Source: a virus (taxonomy: Duplodnaviria > Caudoviricetes). Taken from it: a stretch of DNA of 64,000 nucleotides. A model generated the notes under the pieces. That model saw only the letters and a list, made by a program, of their open reading frames with translations. It searched no databases and was not told where the DNA came from. Positions 45,031 through 54,249 of this stretch are shown in pieces (position 1 is the first letter of the stretch; each line of letters begins with the position of its first letter). The stretch is taken from IMG/VR virus record IMGVR_UViG_3300028888_000005, positions 36,590 through 100,589 of that record; one strand, 5' to 3'. Made by a program: the position numbers and the translations under genes.

Positions 45031-48000
45031 TTACGCACTTCCTTAAGCGCTCCTTACTTTCATCGGAAAGACTAAAGTACAGACTCTTATCGTACCCAGC
45101 CATTTCGAGGTATTCTACGTCACGTGGTGTCAGCATATCTAACAACTCGTGCTGCATACCTTCGATGTTATCGAGTTCATAGAACGGATCAGTTGGTGAT
45201 GAGAACACATGACTTGTTGCTTGGATAGCCATCTCATCTACGCTGAGGTCCTGTTCCCTGCCTTCGTACTTTCTGATGGAAGATTTGAGTGTCTTGAACA
45301 GATTGTCCAGCGTCTTGTTTCCTGTCTTGTTTCCTTGCAGGTAGTCATGGAACAAACCCTGGATACGTGCAGCGAACCTGTGGTTGCTGTTAGAGCCTTT
45401 GCCTAATACAGACTTGGCTGCGTTCCACATGTCGTTACGCTGCTGCTCTGTTAGTAATAGTTTGACAGCATCAATGAACTGTTCTGCGTTCATGTAACCA
45501 GCCCTAACACCATCTGCAAAGTCAGCGATTCTGCCAGATAGACCATCATCGTCATCAAGCAGGAACTCTCTGCCGAGATTCTCTGCAAGCACTGAGTCGG
45601 CAATGGTTAGTTCGAGCTCAGCCTCGGACCTGTCAATGTCCAGTGCAAAGTTAATAACAAACCCTTCATCACGCAACTCTTCCTTTGTATCTTCATTATT
45701 GGGTATGGTAACATTGTCGCCATCAACAACAACACCGTCCACGTTATTTAGTCGTTTAACGGCTTTATCGTGGCGCATACCACCAGAGATACTATCTATG
45801 GTAACAGTAACAGTATCTGATGCTTTTTCCGGTTCTGACTCTACTTCAGCCTCGTTCTCTGTTTCGTCTGATTGTTCAGTTTCAAGGTTGCCAAAGTTAG
45901 TCAGAGGATTGTCGCTTAGCATGTCACGCATAACAAGGTCTTCCATTCTCTCCACATAGTTAGGAACGTGGAAGACACGGGTCTTAATAAAGTTGATGAA
46001 ATCATCAACAATGTTTTTGAGTTCCTTCAGTATTTTGGAAGCATTGGTTGCATTATCATCAACATTACGCATTACCCACTCCTCGCCATGTTCACCAGTA
46101 AGCTTGGCAAAGACCTCATCAGCTATGGCATCGTCATCCCATGAGCCATCGTCTTTCTGAACATTCTTACCATACGTATCCTGGATGTCCTGCCATAGGG
46201 ATGCGTACTTTTTGTTTGTACTGAGTTCCTTAACAAGACTGTTCCACTTGGCTTTCTGCTCATCTGTACCGTTACGCAATACGTATGACCAGAGATGTGT
46301 GTACTCATGGATAAGAGCCTCTGGTTTCATAATGTCAGGATCAAGATAGATTGACTTCTTGTTCGCTAATGCAAAACCGTACACGATAGTGCCGTCAGAG
46401 GAAAGGAAGAATCTTACACCGTTTCGTCTGCCGTATTCCTTAACAGCATCCTCACCAAAGTCACGTAGCATCTGGTGTGCTTTAGCTACTAGCTGCTGGC
46501 CTTTTTCACGGTCCTGATATATCTTAATGCCATGTGATACAAGATGCTTAACTAGAGCATCAGTAACTCGTTTCTCTTTCTCCCTACGTTGCCTGTCATT
46601 AAGAGCATTCAGCAGTTGCGCGGAAGCAACGGGGCCAATGCCGAATGTAGTCTTACCAGCCTTGATATCTTTCAGTACCTGCTCTAGTGCCTTATATAGC
46701 TCAGAGCCTTCAGGAATCATGCTTCTTTTGAACCACTTGTCAATGATTCTGTTTAGCGTCCTGCGCTTGCGCCTACCATCATAGTGTCTGGCAGCAAAAG
46801 CGAGTTCCTGCGCAAGCTTAGCGTCAAGCGCACCTTTCTTGTTCAATGCTGTGTCTTTCTCGGAGAACTTGACGTCCTTGACAGTGCCGTTAGGATTCAT
46901 CTCAAAGACATACACGATGCCATTGTACGAGAACCTGTTTCTGCCATTATAGTCTGTGCCACTTCTCTGCGACAACGCTTGGGCTATAGCTTTGAGCACA
47001 CGGTTCTTGTTCAACTCGGTGATTGTAATCGGGGTGAACTTAGAGCCGCTTGTTGTCTTGATAGATACAACGGATGGCATATTCTCATCCGCTTCACTGA
47101 CCTCAACTGAGTATGTGGCACCAGTCTCACTATCCTTGGATGTATACTCATAGTTACCACGATTGTTGAACTCAATGCGTTGTGACTCTAACGGCAGCTC
47201 TTCCTCGATAACTTTACCGTCCACGACATTCAGCGGATTAATGGTAACCCAACTGTCATGCATCCTGAGGTCATCAAGCTTAACATGGCAAATCTGTTTG
47301 AGCAGTTCATTGTAACTCGATGGTACATCTTCTGCACCCTTAACAGCTTCTGCGTACAAGCTGCCTTCCATAAGCCTCGGCGATACATTGGCACGGAGAT
47401 GTCCCATATCACCGTTAAATGTGACTGCGCCGGTAGCATTGTTGACCGTAATCTTAATACGCTTACGTCCGCCAGTCTCATTGGTCCTCGCAACTACAGT
47501 GAATGTGGTTTGTGTGGCTACAGTTTCTTCATCTGTAAACAAACCAACGCCAACTTGCTGTGCACCTTCAGTATATACGGTCCTACAGTTAAGGAAATGT
47601 TTGAGGAACTCTACGGCTTTCTCAGGGCTGAGATTCTTCAGTGCGGCAGAGATAACTTTGGCTTCAACACCATCTGGAGTAAAAGGTTTGGTACTGGCTT
47701 TGATGCCAATCCTGCGTGTATTACCGTTGTTGCCAGGACGTTTAAGTACGACAAGGGGCTGTCCTGTTTTACCGCTGCCAAGCATATCGTTGAACATTCT
47801 GCCTGAGCCTACAACAGCAAACTCGACATCCTTTGCTTCATCGCCAAAGGACGCTACTGTTCTTGTTGGTACTTCACCATCAACAGCAGTACTGAACTTC
47901 GGGAACCCAGCATAGATATTAGCTGCATGGCTGATATGTTCAGATTCAACTTCCTGCTTGTCACCGAGTTCTTTCTCGAACACATCATACATGGCTTTAA

Positions 48001-51000
48001 GGCGTGCTTTCTCCGTAGAGTCAGTAACACCGTAGTTGTAGTGTGTGAGGTCACCGATGATATGCTCTACACCGTCCTTATCAGTATGGACCATAAACAC
48101 CATCAACTCACCGTCTTTGGTACGTGTGATACGGAACTTAATCTCATCACCAGCTTTCACGTTACCGGCATCAACGTAGCCGAAGTCATCCTTCATGCGC
48201 TCATAGGCTTCCTCACTGCGTGCTGCATATCTACGCCACTCAGCAATGGTTCTAGGTCCGCCAAATCTTCCAAGGTCAGGTACTTTAATCCTCTTGGTGT
48301 CTTTAGCGTCAGGGTATTTTGCCAATTCATTGTTGATGATGGTGTGATAAGGAAGGTAAGTTCCGTTGCTCCATCGTGCCACTTCGCCAGTTACTGTTTG
48401 CCACTGGTTACCAAATCTGCTGCCAGAGTCGCCGAGGTCACGCATCTGTGCAGTCATTGCAATGTCTTCTGTTGTGGCATCGGGGCTTTGCAGATATTGT
48501 GTTTCAGGTGTATCGAAGTCATCCACTTCGTCAGGTGACTGAGGGGACTCAGCTTCATCAGATGTAACAACAGGTGCTGGAGTGTCAGGAGTGTTGTCAT
48601 CATACTTAACATCCTGTTCATTTTCCTTCAAACTGCTGCTTATTTTAGCTCTGATTTTACGGATAGTATCCCTAAGCATACGTGCAGCAGGGCTGTTGCT
48701 GTCTTTCATCTTGGACAGTTTCTCCTCCATTACAGAAAGTAAGTCACCCAACGTCTTGTTTTCAGCTACAGTTGTTCTTGCTTTACCGAAGAATGCAGAA
48801 GCTTTATCGCACAGAGACTGGACACTATCATTGCTATCAATGGCTTCCTTGGCTTTGTTACGCATCCTGTTGTAGAAATTGGATACAGTAGCAAGTGTCT
48901 TATTGTACCCTTTGATAATGATAGGAATAGCTTTGTTAAGCGCTTTCAGACCAGACTCAATCTGCTTTTTCAATTCATCGCTTAATGTTGACCATTCGAT
49001 ATCACTGAAGATATCAGAGGGATTGATACTGAATGAGACTTTACGCTTGGTACCGTCACTCATATCAATCATCATGCTGATGTTGCCATCCTCGTCTGTC
49101 TCAAGACTGTTCTCATCAATGCGTGTAGGTGTAGCTGAGTCCTGTACCTCGGCAATAAGTTCCTGCAGTCTGTTCTTCACACGTTCAATGACAGCGTCTC
49201 GCAACTCTTTGTCTTTGATATGCATGAAGTATCCAGCAATCTCACGCTTAATGGCGTTCCCTGCTTTCTTTCTAAGGATCTCACCACGAGCACGACTGAA
49301 GTGGTAGTCATCCATGTCAATCAGTTCCTGCTCATCAAGTGCAGCAAGCTGGTCTGCTGACATGGTCCTGTAGCGTATATTGTTACGTGTTTTGTTCCAT
49401 TTGTTCCTAAGGAAACGCATAGCTCTCTCCTTTGCATTGAGAATGCCTTCAGGATTAGACATAGCTTCCTCAAATGCTTTGGCAAACATGTCGCTCTTGT
49501 CGTAGCACTTCTGCACGTCTTCCATGTCACGAATGAACTCAGCCTTGTCAAACGGAGTGCCACTGCGCATGGCTTGATCTAGGGCCTCGTCAGAGAGCCT
49601 GCGGCGAGCTTGGGCTACAGCGTCCTCGCTTGCGTTATTCCATGTGAGATATTCTTGTCCTTGTAACGCATGGAGCGTGAATGTGGCAAACTGGTCATCA
49701 GTTAAATCTTTGGTGTTAACAGTAGCAAAGCCGTCTTCAGTCTCAGTGATGGTACCTTTAGGTAATCCGTATCTACGTTCAAGCACCTCTGCGTTTCCTT
49801 TAGGTACACGAATACGGATAACATCAGGAAGGATACCACGCCATTTCTTCATCAGGCCATTGGCTCTGTCGATATGTGCCTGTGACAGGAACTGGGTGTA
49901 TGCAAGGTAGTCTTCCTGCTCTTTAGATAGACTTCCGCGTGTAGACTGGTTAATGCCCTCGACAATCTTCAGATAACGCTCAACGGCTTTTCTTGTCTTT
50001 TCGGTGTTGTGTGCGATCTGTGCCTTAACCTGGTCAGCTTTTAAGCGGTTGCCCTGCTTATCAACAAACGGACCTTCATAGTATGATTCAGGCGACATGC
50101 CATCAATAGCCTTAGACCTGCGGTTATATTCATCAAGGATGCCTTCAGTGGTATCAGTTGAGCCACTGAGTGTGTGCTCATATTCTTCAACAGCTTTTGC
50201 TGTCTGCTCTTCCGCTTCAAGTATACGACGTGCAGCTTCACGTTTCTCTTCGTCTTTGCTTCTTCTTGCGATGCGCCTTAGATCATCATGTTTACGTTTG
50301 TCTGTAGCGATATCACCGAGCACTGCGGAAGCCTCCTGCTTTACTTGTTCCTCGTTCTGTCTGGCCTGCTGCGCCTCACTGCGTCTGTCAAAGAAGTCCT
50401 GCACAGAAGCACCTTCACGGAGCTGTGACTGGATACGTTTGTTTATCTCATCACGTAGGTCTTTGCGAACCAATGCCTTCTGATCCTCAACACCAACCTC
50501 ACGTGTACTGTTGTTTATGAGGTCAGCTACATCATCGTCACTCATTTGTCCAGTGTAGGAGTCAAGGATATGGTACAGGTCATCCATCCTACCAGCTCTA
50601 GCAAATGAACTGATAAGAGCGAACACAGCTTTGTCATCTTCAGTCTTCCAATCATTCTGGTTACCTTCGTCTGCAAACCTCTGCTTGTTATTATCATAGT
50701 AACCCTGTGCAACGAGGTGTTGTAACAAATTGGGCAAGCGTTTGTCGGCTAGCTGTGCATTGAGTTCCTTGGCTGATTGCTTTGCAAACCTTGTGTCACG
50801 CAATTCATCACGCATCTCTGATGTAGCGAAAGCCATACCAGTAATACCGCCAATGAAACCCTCACGCCACCCTTCAGCAGAGCCGTAAGTTTCTTTGAGA
50901 CCCTTGCCAACTGCACTGAGGAAGTCGTGGCTACCATCTGCCGTCCTGTCTATGCTGTCAGGATCAAGTCTTGCACGCCAATAGTTATCAGCGTTTTCCC

Positions 51001-52462
51001 AGCCATGATAAGCTTTAGCACCAGCTGATGCGGCTCCTTGCCCCATCTCTTCGTATACACCTTCAGATAGCATGGTGCTTCCAATGCGTTTGCCGTAGTT
51101 GCCGATGAAGGAGCGGCTGCCATAAGTCTCACCGGCAGCTGCACCTTTCATAATCTCATCATAACTCTTACCAGCTATGTCGCCAGTGACGTTACGTTGC
51201 CCTATGGCGTTCTTTTCGTGGAACATACTGTTTCTATGTGCCCATGAACGGCCAGCAGACTTCTCGGCATTACGGAAAGACTTGTCAATAAGCCTGCCGT
51301 ACATATTGAAGTTGCTGGGAATAAGGATAGCGAGGTTAAGAAGAGCAGTAGCATTACCTGCTTTGTCCGCAGAGTCATTAAGTTCCTGCATAGCTGCTGC
51401 ACGGCGCTGTTCCCATTGTGCAGTAGCTGCTGCCCTTTGCTGGTTGTACTGCTGGTCTAACTGCTGTTTGTATTGCTGATACTGAGGGTTGTTCCTGTTG
51501 TACCCAAACATTTGGTCGAGTGCAGACATCTGTGCCTGATACTGCTGGTCAAGCATCTGCACATTCGGGTCCTCGGCAATGTGTTGGTCTATGGTTGCAT
51601 TGATGCGCTGGGTTTCTTCATCAACCATCTCACGCTTAGTGGTCAGACCCTCCAGTGCTGCTTCACCTGCTGAGCTGTTAAACAGAGTAATAGCTTTGGC
51701 TACTTGTGGGCCATATTTCTCGGCGATACGTGCAGCGTTTACACCAGCTGATACAGAACCCATCGTAGCACGGAGAGCAAGCTTAGGGGCGGCTTTTCTT
51801 GCAGCAAGCGCAACAGCACCAGCTGCACCACCAGTGACAGCAGCTGCACCAGCCATACCGATCATAAAGCCAGTGTTGGTTACGACATCATCCATCCACA
51901 TATTGAGGCTGTCAAGGTTCTTCCACCACTCACCGTTCTCGTTGTTCATCTTCTGCGAGATACTTTGGTAGTTCACAAAGTTCTCGTTACACCAATCGTC
52001 GAGGTCAGCAAGCGCATTACTTAGTGGGTTATCCCACAAACCAGACACACGTCCTTCAACAAGTGCAGTTCCGATACCGGCAACAGAGCCAACCACGCCA
52101 GAGATGAAGCTGGTAGCTGCGCGTCCAGCAGCTTTGGCAATACCGTTAGCTGCGACATCCCACGCAGATTGGTTCTCATACCTGCTTTGGTTAAGTTCTT
52201 CAAAGCTGGTAGGAGTGGTGAGAACATCTTCTTCCCTGTCGTATCTGCTGAGGCCCTTCTCGTATCCAGGTGTTCCAGGCTCGTAGTGCTTGGATTCAGT
52301 GAACGTATCAACCTCAGGACGGTAGTTTGTATTAACGCCCTTCTTTGTTGTCTTGAACTCCTGTTGCAGACGTGCATACTCCAGTTCTTCTGGTGTAGGC
52401 TGGGGAGCACGGTTAAGCCCTCTGAGAGGAGCCAGTCCGTTTTGTCTTGGATCTACTGCCAT
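45026..52462 (-). CDS. Large virion cargo (ejection) protein with a zincin-like HEYTH motif
   Basis: 2478 aa; N-terminal Gly/Ala-rich TM-like helices; IYLDP...LIHEYTHLW...DEVFA. Confidence 0.8.
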   Translation of the reverse strand: MAVDPRQNGLAPLRGLNRAPQPTPEELEYARLQQEFKTTKKGVNTNYRPEVDTFTESKHYEPGTPGYEKGLSRYDREEDVLTTPTSFEELNQSRYENQSAWDVAANGIAKAAGRAATSFISGVVGSVAGIGTALVEGRVSGLWDNPLSNALADLDDWCNENFVNYQSISQKMNNENGEWWKNLDSLNMWMDDVVTNTGFMIGMAGAAAVTGGAAGAVALAARKAAPKLALRATMGSVSAGVNAARIAEKYGPQVAKAITLFNSSAGEAALEGLTTKREMVDEETQRINATIDQHIAEDPNVQMLDQQYQAQMSALDQMFGYNRNNPQYQQYKQQLDQQYNQQRAAATAQWEQRRAAAMQELNDSADKAGNATALLNLAILIPSNFNMYGRLIDKSFRNAEKSAGRSWAHRNSMFHEKNAIGQRNVTGDIAGKSYDEIMKGAAAGETYGSRSFIGNYGKRIGSTMLSEGVYEEMGQGAASAGAKAYHGWENADNYWRARLDPDSIDRTADGSHDFLSAVGKGLKETYGSAEGWREGFIGGITGMAFATSEMRDELRDTRFAKQSAKELNAQLADKRLPNLLQHLVAQGYYDNNKQRFADEGNQNDWKTEDDKAVFALISSFARAGRMDDLYHILDSYTGQMSDDDVADLINNSTREVGVEDQKALVRKDLRDEINKRIQSQLREGASVQDFFDRRSEAQQARQNEEQVKQEASAVLGDIATDKRKHDDLRRIARRSKDEEKREAARRILEAEEQTAKAVEEYEHTLSGSTDTTEGILDEYNRRSKAIDGMSPESYYEGPFVDKQGNRLKADQVKAQIAHNTEKTRKAVERYLKIVEGINQSTRGSLSKEQEDYLAYTQFLSQAHIDRANGLMKKWRGILPDVIRIRVPKGNAEVLERRYGLPKGTITETEDGFATVNTKDLTDDQFATFTLHALQGQEYLTWNNASEDAVAQARRRLSDEALDQAMRSGTPFDKAEFIRDMEDVQKCYDKSDMFAKAFEEAMSNPEGILNAKERAMRFLRNKWNKTRNNIRYRTMSADQLAALDEQELIDMDDYHFSRARGEILRKKAGNAIKREIAGYFMHIKDKELRDAVIERVKNRLQELIAEVQDSATPTRIDENSLETDEDGNISMMIDMSDGTKRKVSFSINPSDIFSDIEWSTLSDELKKQIESGLKALNKAIPIIIKGYNKTLATVSNFYNRMRNKAKEAIDSNDSVQSLCDKASAFFGKARTTVAENKTLGDLLSVMEEKLSKMKDSNSPAARMLRDTIRKIRAKISSSLKENEQDVKYDDNTPDTPAPVVTSDEAESPQSPDEVDDFDTPETQYLQSPDATTEDIAMTAQMRDLGDSGSRFGNQWQTVTGEVARWSNGTYLPYHTIINNELAKYPDAKDTKRIKVPDLGRFGGPRTIAEWRRYAARSEEAYERMKDDFGYVDAGNVKAGDEIKFRITRTKDGELMVFMVHTDKDGVEHIIGDLTHYNYGVTDSTEKARLKAMYDVFEKELGDKQEVESEHISHAANIYAGFPKFSTAVDGEVPTRTVASFGDEAKDVEFAVVGSGRMFNDMLGSGKTGQPLVVLKRPGNNGNTRRIGIKASTKPFTPDGVEAKVISAALKNLSPEKAVEFLKHFLNCRTVYTEGAQQVGVGLFTDEETVATQTTFTVVARTNETGGRKRIKITVNNATGAVTFNGDMGHLRANVSPRLMEGSLYAEAVKGAEDVPSSYNELLKQICHVKLDDLRMHDSWVTINPLNVVDGKVIEEELPLESQRIEFNNRGNYEYTSKDSETGATYSVEVSEADENMPSVVSIKTTSGSKFTPITITELNKNRVLKAIAQALSQRSGTDYNGRNRFSYNGIVYVFEMNPNGTVKDVKFSEKDTALNKKGALDAKLAQELAFAARHYDGRRKRRTLNRIIDKWFKRSMIPEGSELYKALEQVLKDIKAGKTTFGIGPVASAQLLNALNDRQRREKEKRVTDALVKHLVSHGIKIYQDREKGQQLVAKAHQMLRDFGEDAVKEYGRRNGVRFFLSSDGTIVYGFALANKKSIYLDPDIMKPEALIHEYTHLWSYVLRNGTDEQKAKWNSLVKELSTNKKYASLWQDIQDTYGKNVQKDDGSWDDDAIADEVFAKLTGEHGEEWVMRNVDDNATNASKILKELKNIVDDFINFIKTRVFHVPNYVERMEDLVMRDMLSDNPLTNFGNLETEQSDETENEAEVESEPEKASDTVTVTIDSISGGMRHDKAVKRLNNVDGVVVDGDNVTIPNNEDTKEELRDEGFVINFALDIDRSEAELELTIADSVLAENLGREFLLDDDDGLSGRIADFADGVRAGYMNAEQFIDAVKLLLTEQQRNDMWNAAKSVLGKGSNSNHRFAARIQGLFHDYLQGNKTGNKTLDNLFKTLKSSIRKYEGREQDLSVDEMAIQATSHVFSSPTDPFYELDNIEGMQHELLDMLTPRDVEYLEMAGYDKSLYFSLSDESKERLRKCVM

Positions 52463-54237
52463 TAGCTATTCAGATTTGTGGTTGATATTGTGTTAGTTCC
52501 TCCGATTGCTTCCTGCAAAGCGAGAACAGCATTACGGTATGCAAGCTGAGCGTTAAGCTCTTCGTTGGGTGTCTGGTAGTTGTAAGCATCTTCCGCAAGC
52601 CTGTAGAACTCATCCGAGGTGATACCCTTCTGCTTCATAATGCGCTCTCTATTTGCTGCGGCTCTGTTCACAGCTTGGATAGCGGACTTGATGCTACCAT
52701 CACTGATGCTCTCGGTCTTGATGAAATAGTGCTGCTCTTTGTTGTCCTTAGTCACCTTAAGCATCAATCCGTTGTTGCTTGCAGTCGAACTTACACCAAT
52801 CTGTACACTCCCCGCATCTTTATCCGCTAGTACTGCACCGATTGATGTAGCCTTTTTGTCATCAGTGTAATAGGTACCATCCTTATTAATCTTTGATACA
52901 GGATATACTTTAGTGCCCTTCAGTGATTGGTTGTAATCATTGAGTGAAACATCCTGCACAGAGTGGTAACGGCCAATAGCGTTTTCTGCTTGCTTGCCTA
53001 ATGCTGTGGCAACCTCTGTTTTTGGTACAGGTTTTCCGTTCTTGGTGAACATACCAGCGGCACTATGTCCGTAAGCGGGTGTATAAGTCCAACCATTAGC
53101 TGCCGCAATCTCTTCAAATATCTCATCAGCACTACGTCTAAACGGAATCATGTTAGAGAATCTTCCCTGCAATGCATCTATGCCACCAGAGAGTGTATGG
53201 GGATTATACGTGAATGTATTGGTGTCTTTGTCGTAGGTGATACCGAGCATAGCAGCAGCATTCTGTAGCTTGTCTAGTTCAGTACCGTTAGTCAAGCTAT
53301 CACCGACTGTCCATGTATGGTCATTACGAACCCAAGGAGCATCATAACCGTTACCGCTTCCGCTGCCTGAGCCAGCACCCTTTGCTGCATTCTTCATAGC
53401 CTGCATGGCAAACTGGTCAGGAATGATGCTTACATCGTCCTTACCTGCACCGGCAGCGAAGCCAGAAGCAGCGGCTGCGATAACCCTATCTGTAGCTGAT
53501 TGGCTCCATGTGTTATTGCCTACACCGAACCCGTTATCATCAATACCCATTCCGTATGCGCCAAGAGCCTCACTCATAATACCACGAAGAACTGGATTGC
53601 TTCGCCAGTTCATGATATCATCAGCAGACAATCCGTACTGAACAATGGAAGAAAGGTAGCCCTCAGGCAGACCCATAGTCTTTTCAAGACGGATAGCCTG
53701 ATCAGGATTACCACGCAGCTGACTGAGGAAGGATTTAGCTTTGGCCGCTACGATACCAGTCACAGTGGTTGGATCAACAATCTTATACCCACCTTCTGGA
53801 TGATTAAGGTAATAGTCAAGACCAGAAGACTGTGCGTCATGTGAAAACTCCAGTAGAGGATTCTTAGCCAGAGCAGTCTGCTGTGCGGTAGCCTCGTCTT
53901 TACGCAACTTGTACGCAGCCTGAACAGGCATCATGTCACGGGCATAGCTGGCACGTACATTGCTGAACAGGTCACGTTGTCCCCATGCGCCATTACGCAT
54001 CAGTGTATCCGTGCCTTTATTGAGCCAATCCATGTATGCGTTAAATCTACGCCGAGCCTCGGCATTCTCTTCATCATCAGGAATGTAGGCTCCGTACAGC
54101 TCAGAAGACATACGCATTTCATCGTACTTATCCTGTAGCGCCTGATGGAAGGCTGCGGACTCTTTGACAGGAGCTGATATCTCCTGATAGGTCATTGGGT
54201 CATATGTAGCATCTACTACTAAACTATAGTTAGGCAT
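52462..54237 (-). CDS. Virion cargo protein
   Basis: MPNYSLVVDATYDPMTYQE N-terminus; position in the crAss cargo cluster. Confidence 0.7.
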   Translation of the reverse strand: MPNYSLVVDATYDPMTYQEISAPVKESAAFHQALQDKYDEMRMSSELYGAYIPDDEENAEARRRFNAYMDWLNKGTDTLMRNGAWGQRDLFSNVRASYARDMMPVQAAYKLRKDEATAQQTALAKNPLLEFSHDAQSSGLDYYLNHPEGGYKIVDPTTVTGIVAAKAKSFLSQLRGNPDQAIRLEKTMGLPEGYLSSIVQYGLSADDIMNWRSNPVLRGIMSEALGAYGMGIDDNGFGVGNNTWSQSATDRVIAAAASGFAAGAGKDDVSIIPDQFAMQAMKNAAKGAGSGSGSGNGYDAPWVRNDHTWTVGDSLTNGTELDKLQNAAAMLGITYDKDTNTFTYNPHTLSGGIDALQGRFSNMIPFRRSADEIFEEIAAANGWTYTPAYGHSAAGMFTKNGKPVPKTEVATALGKQAENAIGRYHSVQDVSLNDYNQSLKGTKVYPVSKINKDGTYYTDDKKATSIGAVLADKDAGSVQIGVSSTASNNGLMLKVTKDNKEQHYFIKTESISDGSIKSAIQAVNRAAANRERIMKQKGITSDEFYRLAEDAYNYQTPNEELNAQLAYRNAVLALQEAIGGTNTISTTNLNS

Positions 54238-54249
54238 AATCTTGTCTGT